This document shows positions 25,601 to 40,200 of a stretch of DNA of 64,000 nt, one piece after another. The stretch is taken from contig OZ059895.1 of NCBI GenBank assembly GCA_964057225.1, forward strand, positions 2,914,001-2,978,000, written 5' to 3'. A program made the translations under genes and the position numbers. This stretch comes from Auanema rhodensis. Its lineage: Eukaryota > Animalia > Nematoda. Within the stretch, counting starts at the first letter, position 1. Each line of letters opens with the position of its first letter. The notes beneath the pieces are model-generated. The model had not been told where the DNA came from and made no database searches. It saw only the letters and a program-made list of their open reading frames with translations.

Positions 25601-28600
25601 CCTTCAAAGCATCAGAACATGTGATCACATTCCAATTTTTTTGTATCTATCTTGTAAAGATAGTAATATATCATATGTTGAACACTATGTTGGAAAGATT
25701 TTAATTCGGTTTTTTTTCAACTTTCACTCAGTTTGTTTTCTTAACTTTGATTAAGAACCTTGAGTTTTGTACACCCATAAATTATACGCAGCACAGGTTA
25801 CCCTTAAATAATGAACTGACCGACTAATCAGACATGGATCTTTCCTAGTTCTGTTGCTTGAATGGATGTTTTCCTACGTAGGCTAGTAAAACATGCCCTT
25901 CAAAGCATCAGAACATGTGATCACATTCCAATTTTTTTGTATCTATCTTGTAAAGATAGTAATATATCATATGTTGAACACTATGTTGGAAAGATTTTAA
26001 TTCAGATTTACGAACTTTCACTCAGTTTGTTTTTTAAACTTTGATTGAGAACTTTGATTTTTGTACACCCATAAATTATACGCAGCACAGGTTACCCTTA
26101 AATAATGAACTGACCGACTAATCAGACATGGATCTTTCCAAGTTCTGTTGCTTGAATGGATGTTTTCCTACGTAGGCTAGTAGAACATGCCATTCAAAGC
26201 ATCAGAACATGTGACCACATTCCAATTTTTTTGTATCTATCTTGTAAAGATAGTAATATATCATATGTTGAACACTATGTTGGAAAGATTTTAATTCAGA
26301 TTTTCTAACTTTTATTCAGTTTGTTTTTTAAACTTTGATTAAGAACTTTGATTTTTGTACACCCATAAATTATACGCAGCACAGGTTACCCTTAAATAAT
26401 GAACTGACCGACTAATCAGACATGGATCTTTCCTAGTTCTGTTGCTTGAATGGATGTTTTCCTACGTAGGCTAGTAAAACATGCCCTTCAAAGCATCAGA
26501 ACATGTGATCACATTCCAATTTTTTTGTATCTATCTTGTAAAGATAGTAATATATCATATGTTGAACACTATGTTGGAAAGATTTTAATTCAGATTTTTT
26601 CAACTTTCACTCAGTTTGTTTTCTTAACTTTGATTAAGAACCTTGTTGTTTGTACACCCATAAATTATACGCAGCACAGGTTACCCTTAAATAATGAACT
26701 GACCGACTAATCAGACATGGATCTTTCCTAGTTCTGTTGCTTGAATGGATGTTTTCCTACGTAGGCTAGTAAAACATGCCCTTCAAAGCATCAGAACATG
26801 TGATCACATTCCAATTTTTTTGTATCTATCTTGTAAAGATAGTAATAAACTTTGATTTTTGTACACCCATAAATTATACGCAGCACAGGTTACCCTTAAA
26901 TAATGAACTGACCGACTAATCAGACATGGATCTTTCCTAGTTCTGTTGCTTGAATGGATGTTTTCCTACGTAGGCTAGTAAAACATGCCCTTCAAAGCAT
27001 CAGAACATGTGATCACATTCCAATTTTTTTGTATCTATCTTGTAAAGATAGTAATATATCATATGTTGAACACTATGTTGGAAAGATTTTAATTCAGATT
27101 TTCTAACTTTTATTCAGTTTGTTTTTTAAACTTTGATTAAGAACTTTGATTTTTGTACACCCATAAATTATACGCAGCACAGGTTACCCTTAAATAATGA
27201 ACTGACCGACTAATCAGACATGGATCTTTCCTAGTTCTGTTGCTTGAATGGATGTTTTCCTACGTAGGCTAGTAAAACATGCCCTTCAAAGCATCAGAAC
27301 ATGTGATCACATTCCAATTTTTTTGTATCTATCTTGTAAAGATAGTAATATATCATATGTTGAACACTATGTTGGAAAGATTTTAATTCAGATTTTTTCA
27401 ACTTTCACTCAGTTTGTTTTCTAAACTTTGATTAAGAACCTTGAGTTTTGTACACCCATAAAATATACGCAGCACAGGTTACCCTTAAATAATGAACTGA
27501 CTGTCTAATCAGACATGGATCTTCCCCAGTTCTGTTGCTTGAATGGATGTTTTCCTACGTAGGCTAGTAAAACATGCCCTTCAAAGCATCAGAACATGTG
27601 ATCACATTCCAATTTTTTTGTATCTATCTTGTAAAGATAGTAATATATCATATGTTGAACACTATGTTGGAAAGATTTTAATTCAGATTTTCGAACTTTT
27701 ATTCAGTTTGTTTTTTAAACTTTGATTAAGAACTTTGATTTTTGTACACCCATAAATTATACGCAGCACAGGTTACCCTTAATTAATGAACTGACCGACT
27801 AATCAGACATGGATCTTTCCAAGTTCTGTTGCTTGAACGGATGTTTTCCTACGTAGGCTAGTAAAACATGCCCTTCAAAGCATCAGAACATGTGATCACA
27901 TTCCAATTTTTTTGTATCTATCTTGTAAAGATAGTAATTATATCATATGTTGAACACTATGTTGGAAAGATTTTAATTCAGATTTTCTAACTTTTATTCA
28001 GTTTGTTTTTTTAACTTTGATTAAGAACTTTGATTTTCGTACACCCATAAATTATACGCAGCACAGGTTACCCTTAAATAATGAACTGACCGACTAATCA
28101 GACATGGATCTTTCCTAGTTCTGTTGCTTGAATGGATGTTTTCCTACGTAGGCTAGTAAAACATGCCCTTCAAAGCATCAGAACATGTGATCACATTCCA
28201 ATATTTTTGTATCTATCTTGTAAAGATAGTAATATATCATATGTTGAACACTATGTTGGAAAGATTTTAATTCAGATTTTCTAACTTTTATTCAGTTTGT
28301 TTTTTAAACTTTGATTAAGAACTTTGATTTTTGTACACCCATAAATTATACGCAGCACAGGTTACCCTTGAATAATGAACTGACCGACTAATCAGACATG
28401 GATCTTTCCTAGTTCTGTTGCTTGAATGGATGTTTTCCTACGTAGGCTAGTAAAACATGCCCTTCAAAGCATCAGAACATGTGATCACATTCCAATTTTT
28501 CTGTATCTATCTTGTAAAGATAGTAATAAACTTTGATTTTTGTACACCCATAAATTATACGCAGCACAGGTTACCCTTAAATAATGAACTGACCGACTAA

Positions 28601-29030
28601 TCAGACATGGATCTTTCCAAGTTCTGTTGCTTGAACGGATGTTTTCCTACGTAGGCTAGTAAAACATGCCCTTCAAAGCATCAGAACATGTGATCACATT
28701 CCAATTTTTTTGTATCTATCTTGTAAAGATAGTAATATATCATATGTTGAACACTATGTTGGAAAGATTTTAATTCAGATTTTTTCAACTTTCACTCAGT
28801 TTGTTTTCTTAACTTTGATTAAGAACCTTGTTGTTTGTACACCCATAAATTATACGCAGCACAGGTTACCCTTAAATAATGAACTGACCGACTAATCAGA
28901 CATGGATCTTTCCTAGTTCTGTTGCTTGAATGGATCTTTTCCTACGTAGGCTAGTAAAACATGCCCTTCAAAGCATCAGAACATGTGATCACATTCCAAT
29001 TTTTTTGTATCTATCTTGTAAAGATAGTAA
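16650..29030. repeat. 6142 bp (22-monomer) tandem block duplication
   Basis: Marker pairs 18539/24681, 18833/24975, 19424/25566, 19720/25862, 20308/26450, 21401/27543 and 22568/28710 all differ by 6142. A private T>C allele is present at 22359 and 28501. Confidence 0.93.
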
Positions 29031-32000
29031 TAAACTTTGATTTTTGTACACCCATAAATTATACGCAGCACAGGTTACCCTTAAATAATGAACTGACCGA
29101 CTAATCAGACATGGATCTTTCCAAGTTCTGTTGCTTGAACGGATGTTTTCCTACGTAGGCTAGTAAAACATGCCCTTCAAAGCATCAGAACATGTGATCA
29201 CATTTCAATTTTTTTGTATCTATCTTGTAAAGATAGTAATATATCATATGTTGAACACTATGTTGGAAAGATTTTAATTCAGATTTTTTCAACTTTCACT
29301 CAGTTTGTTTTCTAAACTTTGATTAAGAACCTTGTTGTTTGTACACCCATAAAATATACGCAGCACAGGTTACCCTCAAATAATGAACTGACCGTCTAAT
29401 CAGACATGGATCTTCCCAAGTTCTGTTGCTTGAATGGATGTTTTCCTACGTAGGCTAGTAAAACATGCCCTTCAAAGCATCAGAACATGTGATCACATTC
29501 CAATTTTTTTGTATCTATCTTGTAAAGATAGTAATAAACTTTGATTTTTGTACACCCATAAATTATACGCAGCACAGGTTACCCTTAAATAATGAACTGA
29601 CCGACTAATCAGACATGGATCTTTCCAAGTTCTGTTGCTTGAACGGATGTTTTCCTACGTAGGCTAGTAAAACATGCCCTTCAAAGCATCAGAACATGTG
29701 ATCACATTTCAATTTTTTTGTATCTATCTTGTAAAGATAGTAATATATCATATGTTGAACACTATGTTGGAAAGATTTTAATTCAGATTTTTTCAACTTT
29801 CACTCAGTTTGTTTTCTAAACTTTGATTAAGAACCTTGTTGTTTGTACACCCATAAAATATACGCAGCACAGGTTACCCTTAAATAATGAACTGACCGTC
29901 TAATCAGACATGGATCTTCCCAAGTTCTGTTGCTTGAATGGATGTTTTCCTACGTAGGCTAGTAAAACATGCCCTTCAAAGCATCAGAACATGTGATCAC
30001 ATTCCAATTTTTTTGTATCTATCTTGTAAAGATAGTAATATATCATATGTTGAACACTATGTTGGAAAGATTTTAATTCAGATTTTCTAACTTTTATTCA
30101 GTTTGTTTTTTAAACTTTGATTAAGAACTTTGATTTTTGTACACCCATAAATTATACGCAGCACAGGTTACCCTTAAATAATGAACTGACCGACTAATCA
30201 GACATGGATCTTTCCTAGTTCTGTTGCTTGAATGGATGTTTTCCTACGTAGGCTAGTAAAACATGCCCTTCAAAGCATCAGAACATGTGATCACATTCCA
30301 ATTTTTTTGTATCTATCTTGTAAAGATAGTAATATATCATATGTTGAACACTATGTTGGAAAGATTTTAATTCAGATTTTTTCAACTTTCACTCAGTTTG
30401 TTTTCTAAACTTTGATTAAGAACCTTGAGTTTTGTACACCCATAAAATATACGCAGCACAGGTTACCCTTAAATAATGAACTGACTGTCTAATCAGACAT
30501 GGATCTTCCCCAGTTCTGTTGCTTGAATGGATGTTTTCCTACGTAGGCTAGTAAAACATGCCCTTCAAAGCATCAGAACATGTGATCACATTCCAATTTT
30601 TTTGTATCTATCTTGTAAAGATAGTAATATATCATATGTTGAACACTATGTTGGAAAGATTTTAATTCAGATTTTCGAACTTTTATTCAGTTTGTTTTTT
30701 AAACTTTGATTAAGAACTTTGATTTTTGTACACCCATAAATTATACGCAGCACAGGTTACCCTTAATTAATGAACTGACCGACTAATCAGACATGGATCT
30801 TTCCAAGTTCTGTTGCTTGAACGGATGTTTTCCTACGTAGGCTAGTAAAACATGCCCTTCAAAGCATCAGAACATGTGATCACATTCCAATTTTTTTGTA
30901 TCTATCTTGTAAAGATAGTAATTATATCATATGTTGAACACTATGTTGGAAAGATTTTAATTCAGATTTTCTAACTTTTATTCAGTTTGTTTTTTTAACT
31001 TTGATTAAGAACTTTGATTTTCGTACACCCATAAATTATACGCAGCACAGGTTACCCTTAAATAATGAACTGACCGACTAATCAGACATGGATCTTTCCT
31101 AGTTCTGTTGCTTGAATGGATGTTTTCCTACGTAGGCTAGTAAAACATGCCCTTCAAAGCATCAGAACATGTGATCACATTCCAATATTTTTGTATCTAT
31201 CTTGTAAAGATAGTAATATATCATATGTTGAACACTATGTTGGAAAGATTTTAATTCAGATTTTCTAACTTTTATTCAGTTTGTTTTTTAAACTTTGATT
31301 AAGAACTTTGATTTTTGTACACCCATAAATTATACGCAGCACAGGTTACCCTTGAATAATGAACTGACCGACTAATCAGACATGGATCTTTCCTAGTTCT
31401 GTTGCTTGAATGGATGTTTTCCTACGTAGGCTAGTAAAACATGCCCTTCAAAGCATCAGAACATGTGATCACATTCCAATTTTTTTGTATCTATCTTGTA
31501 AAGATAGTAATAAACTTTGATTTTTGTACACCCATAAATTATACGCAGCACAGGTTACCCTTAAATAATGAACTGACCGACTAATCAGACATGGATCTTT
31601 CCAAGTTCTGTTGCTTGAACGGATGTTTTCCTACGTAGGCTAGTAAAACATGCCCTTCAAAGCATCAGAACATGTGATCACATTCCAATTTTTTTGTATC
31701 TATCTTGTAAAGATAGTAATATATCATATGTTGAACACTATGTTGGAAAGATTTTAATTCAGATTTTTTCAACTTTCACTCAGTTTGTTTTCTTAACTTT
31801 GATTAAGAACCTTGTTGTTTGTACACCCATAAATTATACGCAGCACAGGTTACCCTTAAATAATGAACTGACCGACTAATCAGACATGGATCTTTCCTAG
31901 TTCTGTTGCTTGAATGGATCTTTTCCTACGTAGGCTAGTAAAACATGCCCTTCAAAGCATCAGAACATGTGATCACATTCCAATTTTTTTGTATCTATCT

Positions 32001-32515
32001 TGTAAAGATAGTAATAAACTTTGATTTTTGTACACCCATAAATTATACGCAGCACAGGTTACCCTTAAATAATGAACTGACCGACTAATCAGACATGGAT
32101 CTTTCCTAGTTCTGTTGCTTGAATGGATGTTTTCCTACGTAGGCTAGTAAAACATGCCCTTCAAAGCATCAGAACATGTGATCACATTTCAATTTTTTTG
32201 TATCTATCTTGTAAAGATAGTAATATATCATATGTTGAACACTATGTTGGAAAGATTTTAATTCAGATTTTTTCAACTTTCACTCAGTTTGTTTTCTAAA
32301 CTTTGATTAAGAACCTTGTTGTTTGTACACCCATAAAATATACGCAGCACAGGTTACCCTCAAATAATGAACTGACCGTCTAATCAGACATGGATCTTCC
32401 CAAGTTCTGTTGCTTGAATGGATGTTTTCCTACGTAGGCTAGTAAAACATGCCCTTCAAAGCATCAGAACATGTGATCACATTCCAATTTTTTTGTATCT
32501 ATCTTGTAAAGATAG
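26954..32515. repeat. 2984 bp offset block duplication (~26954-29530 vs ~29938-32515)
   Basis: Pairs 27543/30527, 28710/31694 and the GATCTTTT short monomers 28930/31914 differ by 2984. The CCCTCAAA allele lies near 29376 and 32361. Confidence 0.82.
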
Positions 32516-34899
32516 TAATATATCATATGTTGAACACTATGTTGGAAAGATTTTAATTCAGATTTTCTAACTTTTATTCAGTTTGTTTTTTAAACTTTGA
32601 TTAAGAACTTTGATTTTCGTACACCCATAAATTATACGCAGCACAGGTTACCCTTAAATAATGAACTGACCGACTAATCAGACATGGATCTTTCCTAGTT
32701 CTGTTGCTTGAATGGATGTTTTCCTACGTAGGCTAGTAAAACATGCCCTTCAAAGCATCAGAACATGTGACCACATTCCAATTTTTTTGTATCTATCTTG
32801 TAAAGATAGTAATATATCATATGTTGAACACTATGTTGGAAAGATTTTAATTCGGTTTTTTTTTCAACTTTCACTCAGTTTGTTTTCTTAACTTTGATTA
32901 AGAACCTTGAGTTTTGTACACCCATAAATTATACGCAGCACAGGTTACCCTTAAATAATGAACTGACCGACTAATCAGACATGGATCTTTCCTAGTTCTG
33001 TTGCTTGAATGGATGTTTTCCTACGTAGGCTAGTAAAACATGCCCTTCAAAGCATCAGAACATGTGATCACATTCCAATTTTTTTGTATCTATCTTGTAA
33101 AGATAGTAATTATATCATATGTTGAACACTATGTTGGAAAGATTTTAATTCAGATTTTCTAACTTTTATTCAGTTTGTTTTTTAAACTTTGATTAAGAAC
33201 TTTGATTTTTGTACACCCATAAATTATACGCAGCACAGGTTACCCTTGAATAATGAACTGACCGACTAATCAGACATGGATCTTTCCTAGTTCTGTTGCT
33301 TGAATGGATGTTTTCCTACGTAGGCTAGTAAAACATGCCCTTCAAAGCATCAGAACATGTGATCACATTCCAATTTTTTTGTATCTATCTTGTAAAGATA
33401 GTAATTATATCATATGTTGAACACTATGTTGGAAAGATTTTAATTCAGATTTTCTAACTTTTATTCAGTTTGTTTTTTAAACTTTGATTAAGAACTTTGA
33501 TTTTCGTACACCCATAAATTATACGCAGCACAGGTTACCCTTAAATAATGAACTGACCGACTAATCAGACATGGATCTTTCCTAGTTCTGTTGCTTGAAT
33601 GGATGTTTTCCTACGTAGGCTAGTAAAACATGCCCTTCAAAGCATCAGAACATGTGATCACATTCCAATTTTTTTGTATCTATCTTGTAAAGATAGTAAT
33701 ATATCATATGTTGAACACTATGTTGGAAAGATTTTAATTCAGATTTTCTAACTTTCATTCAGTTTGTTTTTTAAACTTTGATTAAGAACTTTGATTTTTG
33801 TACACCCATAAATTATACGCAGCACAGGTTACCCTTGAATAATGAACTGACCGACTAATCAGACATGGATCTTTCCTAGTTCTGTTGCTTGAATGGATGT
33901 TTTCCTACGTAGGCTAGTAAAACATGCCCTTCAAAGCATCAGAACATGTGATCACATTCCAATTTTTTTGTATCTATCTTGTAAAGATAGTAATAAACTT
34001 TGATTTTTGTACACCCATAAATTATACGCAGCACAGGTTACCCTTAAATAATGAACTGACCGACTAATCAGACATGGATCTTTCCAAGTTCTGTTGCTTG
34101 AACGGATGTTTTCCTACGTAGGCTAGTAAAACATGCCCTTCAAAGCATCAGAACATGTGACCACATTCCAATTTTTTTGTATCTATCTTGTAAAGATAGT
34201 AATAAACTTTGATTTTTGTACACCCATAAATTATACGCAGCACAGGTTACCCTTAAATAATGAACTGACCGACTAATCAGACATGGATCTTTCCTAGTTC
34301 TGTTGCTTGAATGGATGTTTTCCTACGTAGGCTAGTGAAACATGCCCTTCAAAGCATCAGAACATGTGATCACATTCCAATTTTTTTGTATCTATCTTGT
34401 AAAGATTGTAATATATCATATGTTGAACACTATGTTGGAAAGATTTTAATTCAGATTTACGAACTTTTATTCAGTTTGTTTTTTAAACTTTGATTAAGAA
34501 CTTTGATTTTTGTACACCCATAAATTATACGCAGCACAGGTTACCCTTAAATAATGAACTGACCGACTAATCAGACATGGATCTTTCCAAGTTCTGTTGC
34601 TTGAACGGATGTTTTCCTACGTAGGCTAGTAAAACATGCCCTTCAAAGCATCAGAACATGTGATCACATTTCAATTTTTTTGTATCTATCTTGTAAAGAT
34701 AGTAATATATCATATGTTGAACACTATGTTGGAAAGATTTTAATTCAGATTTTTTCAACTTTCACTCAGTTTGTTTTCTAAACTTTGATTAAGAACCTTG
34801 TTGTTTGTACACCCATAAAATATACGCAGCACAGGTTACCCTTAAATAATGAACTGACCGTCTAATCAGACATGGATCTTCCCAAGTTCTGTTGCTTGA

Positions 34900-37263
34900 A
34901 TGGATGTTTTCCTACGTAGGCTAGTAAAACATGCCCTTCAAAGCATCAGAACATGTGATCACATTCCAATTTTTTTGTATCTATCTTGTAAAGATAGTAA
35001 TATATCATATGTTGAACACTATGTTGGAAAGATTTTAATTCGGTTTTTTTTCAACTTTCACTCAGTTTGTTTTCTTAACTTTGATTAAGAACCTTGAGTT
35101 TTGTACACCCATAAATTATACGCAGCACAGGTTACCCTTAAATAATGAACTGACCGACTAATCAGACATGGATCTTTCCTAGTTCTGTTGCTTGAATGGA
35201 TGTTTTCCTACGTAGGCTAGTAAAACATGCCCTTCAAAGCATCAGAACATGTGATCACATTCCAATTTTTTTGTATCTATCTTGTAAAGATAGTAATTAT
35301 ATCATATGTTGAACACTATGTTGGAAAGATTTTAATTCAGATTTTCTAACTTTTATTCAGTTTGTTTTTTAAACTTTGATTAAGAACTTTGATTTTCGTA
35401 CACCCATAAATTTTACGCAGCACAGGTTACCCTTAAATAATGAACTGACCGACTAATCAGACATGGATCTTTCCTAGTTCTGTTGCTTGAATGGATGTTT
35501 TCCTACGTAGGCTAGTAAAACATGCCCTTCAAAGCATCAGAACATGTGACCACATTCCAATTTTTTTGTATCTATCTTGTAAAGATAGTAATATATCATA
35601 TGTTGAACACTATGTTGGAAAGATTTTAATTCGGTTTTTTTTCAACTTTCACTCAGTTTGTTTTCTTAACTTTGATTAAGAACCTTGAGTTTTGTACACC
35701 CATAAATTATACGCAGCACAGGTTACCCTTAAATAATGAACTGACCGACTAATCAGACATGGATCTTTCCTAGTTCTGTTGCTTGAATGGATGTTTTCCT
35801 ACGTAGGCTAGTAAAACATGCCCTTCAAAGCATCAGAACATGTGATCACATTCCAATTTTTTTGTATCTATCTTGTAAAGATAGTAATTATATCATATGT
35901 TGAACACTATGTTGGAAAGATTTTAATTCAGATTTTCTAACTTTTATTCAGTTTGTTTTTTAAACTTTGATTAAGAACTTTGATTTTTGTACACCCATAA
36001 ATTATACGCAGCACAGGTTACCCTTGAATAATGAACTGACCGACTAATCAGACATGGATCTTTCCTAGTTCTGTTGCTTGAATGGATGTTTTCCTACGTA
36101 GGCTAGTAAAACATGCCCTTCAAAGCATCAGAACATGTGACCACATTCCAATTTTTTTGTATCTATCTTGTAAAGATAGTAATATATCATATGTTGAACA
36201 CTATGTTGGAAAGATTTTAATTCGGTTTTTTTTCAACTTTCACTCAGTTTGTTTTCTTAACTTTGATTAAGAACCTTGAGTTTTGTACACCCATAAATTA
36301 TACGCAGCACAGGTTACCCTTAAATAATGAACTGACCGACTAATCAGACATGGATCTTTCCTAGTTCTGTTGCTTGAATGGATGTTTTCCTACGTAGGCT
36401 AGTAAAACATGCCCTTCAAAGCATCAGAACATGTGATCACATTCCAATTTTTTTGTATCTATCTTGTAAAGATAGTAATTATATCATATGTTGAACACTA
36501 TGTTGGAAAGATTTTAATTCAGATTTTCTAACTTTTATTCAGTTTGTTTTTTAAACTTTGATTAAGAACTTTGATTTTCGTACACCCATAAATTTTACGC
36601 AGCACAGGTTACCCTTAAATAATGAACTGACCGACTAATCAGACATGGATCTTTCCTAGTTCTGTTGCTTGAATGGATGTTTTCCTACGTAGGCTAGTAA
36701 AACATGCCCTTCAAAGCATCAGAACATGTGACCACATTCCAATTTTTTTGTATCTATCTTGTAAAGATAGTAATATATCATATGTTGAACACTATGTTGG
36801 AAAGATTTTAATTCGGTTTTTTTTCAACTTTCACTCAGTTTGTTTTCTTAACTTTGATTAAGAACCTTGAGTTTTGTACACCCATAAATTATACGCAGCA
36901 CAGGTTACCCTTAAATAATGAACTGACCGACTAATCAGACATGGATCTTTCCTAGTTCTGTTGCTTGAATGGATGTTTTCCTACGTAGGCTAGTAAAACA
37001 TGCCCTTCAAAGCATCAGAACATGTGATCACATTCCAATTTTTTTGTATCTATCTTGTAAAGATAGTAATTATATCATATGTTGAACACTATGTTGGAAA
37101 GATTTTAATTCAGATTTTCTAACTTTTATTCAGTTTGTTTTTTAAACTTTGATTAAGAACTTTGATTTTTGTACACCCATAAATTATACGCAGCACAGGT
37201 TACCCTTGAATAATGAACTGACCGACTAATCAGACATGGATCTTTCCTAGTTCTGTTGCTTGA
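34900..37263. repeat. 591 bp dimeric HOR run (C-A')n
   Basis: C-type starts at 34900, 35491, 36082 and 36673 are spaced by 591 = 296+295. Similar runs occur at 37854/38445, 44208/44799 and 45980/46571/47162. Confidence 0.9.
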
Positions 37264-40200
37264 ATGGATGTTTTCCTACGTAGGCTAGTAAAACATGCCC
37301 TTCAAAGCATCAGAACATGTGATCACATTCCAATTTTTTTGTATCTATCTTGTAAAGATAGTAATTATATCATATGTTGAACACTATGTTGGAAAGATTT
37401 TAATTCAGATTTTCTAACTTTTATTCAGTTTGTTTTTTAAACTTTGATTAAGAACTTTGATTTTCGTACACCCATAAATTATACGCAGCACAGGTTACCC
37501 TTAAATAATGAACTGACCGACTAATCAGACATGGATCTTTCCAAGTTCTGTTGCTTGAACGGATGTTTTCCTACGTAGGCTAGTAAAACATGCCCTTCAA
37601 AGCATCAGAACATGTGATCACATTTCAATTTTTTTGTATCTATCTTGTAAAGATAGTAATATATCATATGTTGAACACTATGTTGGAAAGATTTTAATTC
37701 AGATTTTTTCAACTTTCACTCAGTTTGTTTTCTAAACTTTGATTAAGAACCTTGTTGTTTGTACACCCATAAAATATACGCAGCACAGGTTACCCTTAAA
37801 TAATGAACTGACCGTCTAATCAGACATGGATCTTCCCAAGTTCTGTTGCTTGAATGGATGTTTTCCTACGTAGGCTAGTAAAACATGCCCTTCAAAGCAT
37901 CAGAACATGTGATCACATTCCAATTTTTTTGTATCTATCTTGTAAAGATAGTAATATATCATATGTTGAACACTATGTTGGAAAGATTTTAATTCGGTTT
38001 TTTTTCAACTTTCACTCAGTTTGTTTTCTTAACTTTGATTAAGAACCTTGAGTTTTGTACACCCATAAATTATACGCAGCACAGGTTACCCTTAAATAAT
38101 GAACTGACCGACTAATCAGACATGGATCTTTCCTAGTTCTGTTGCTTGAATGGATGTTTTCCTACGTAGGCTAGTAAAACATGCCCTTCAAAGCATCAGA
38201 ACATGTGATCACATTCCAATTTTTTTGTATCTATCTTGTAAAGATAGTAATTATATCATATGTTGAACACTATGTTGGAAAGATTTTAATTCAGATTTTC
38301 TAACTTTTATTCAGTTTGTTTTTTAAACTTTGATTAAGAACTTTGATTTTCGTACACCCATAAATTTTACGCAGCACAGGTTACCCTTAAATAATGAACT
38401 GACCGACTAATCAGACATGGATCTTTCCTAGTTCTGTTGCTTGAATGGATGTTTTCCTACGTAGGCTAGTAAAACATGCCCTTCAAAGCATCAGAACATG
38501 TGACCACATTCCAATTTTTTTGTATCTATCTTGTAAAGATAGTAATATATCATATGTTGAACACTATGTTGGAAAGATTTTAATTCGGTTTTTTTTCAAC
38601 TTTCACTCAGTTTGTTTTCTTAACTTTGATTAAGAACCTTGAGTTTTGTACACCCATAAATTATACGCAGCACAGGTTACCCTTAAATAATGAACTGACC
38701 GACTAATCAGACATGGATCTTTCCTAGTTCTGTTGCTTGAATGGATGTTTTCCTACGTAGGCTAGTAAAACATGCCCTTCAAAGCATCAGAACATGTGAT
38801 CACATTCCAATATTTTTGTATCTATCTTGTAAAGATAGTAATATATCATATGTTGAACACTATGTTGGAAAGATTTTAATTCAGATTTTTTCAACTTTCA
38901 CTCAGTTTGTTTTCTTAACTTTGATTAAGAACCTTGTTGTTTGTACACCCATAAATTATACGCAGCACAGGTTACCCTTAAATAATGAACTGACCGACTA
39001 ATCAGACATGGATCTTTCCTAGTTCTGTTGCTTGAATGGATCTTTTCCTACGTAGGCTAGTAAAACATGCCCTTCAAAGCATCAGAACATGTGATCACAT
39101 TCCAATTTTTTTGTATCTATCTTGTAAAGATAGTAATAAACTTTGATTTTTGTACACCCATAAATTATACGCAGCACAGGTTACCCTTAAATAATGAACT
39201 GACCGACTAATCAGACATGGATCTTTCCAAGTTCTGTTGCTTGAACGGATGTTTTCCTACGTAGGCTAGTAAAACATGCCCTTCAAAGCATCAGAACATG
39301 TGATCACATTTCAATTTTTTTGTATCTATCTTCTAAAGATAGTAATATATCATATGTTGAACACTATGTTGGAAAGATTTTAATTCAGATTTTTTCAACT
39401 TTCACTCAGTTTGTTTTCTAAACTTTGATTAAGAACCTTGTTGTTTGTACACCCATAAAATATACGCAGCACAGGTTACCCTCAAATAATGAACTGACCG
39501 TCTAATCAGACATGGATCTTCCCAAGTTCTGTTGCTTGAATGGATGTTTTCCTACGTAGGCTAGTAAAACATGCCCTTCAAAGCATCAGAACATGTGATC
39601 ACATTCCAATTTTTTTGTATCTATCTTGTAAAGATAGTAATATATCATATGTTGAACACTATGTTGGAAAGATTTTAATTCAGATTTTCTAACTTTTATT
39701 CAGTTTGTTTTTTAAACTTTGATTAAGAACTTTGATTTTCGTACACCCATAAATTATACGCAGCACAGGTTACCCTTAAATAATGAACTGACCGACTAAT
39801 CAGACATGGATCTTTCCTAGTTCTGTTGCTTGAATGGATGTTTTCCTACGTAGGCTAGTAAAACATGCCCTTCAAAGCATCAGAACATGTGACCACATTC
39901 CAATTTTTTTGTATCTATCTTGTAAAGATAGTAATATATCATATGTTGAACACTATGTTGGAAAGATTTTAATTCGGTTTTTTTTCAACTTTCACTCAGT
40001 TTGTTTTCTTAACTTTGATTAAGAACCTTGAGTTTTGTACACCCATAAATTATACGCAGCACAGGTTACCCTTAAATAATGAACTGACCGACTAATCAGA
40101 CATGGATCTTTCCTAGTTCTGTTGCTTGAATGGATGTTTTCCTACGTAGGCTAGTAAAACATGCCCTTCAAAGCATCAGAACATGTGATCACATTCCAAT

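Noticed and set aside
32856-32864. T9 instead of T8 in C-type monomers (also 55752-55760)
   Set aside because: Isolated homopolymer length changes are as likely to be sequencing or consensus error as real variants, so I did not use them as markers.
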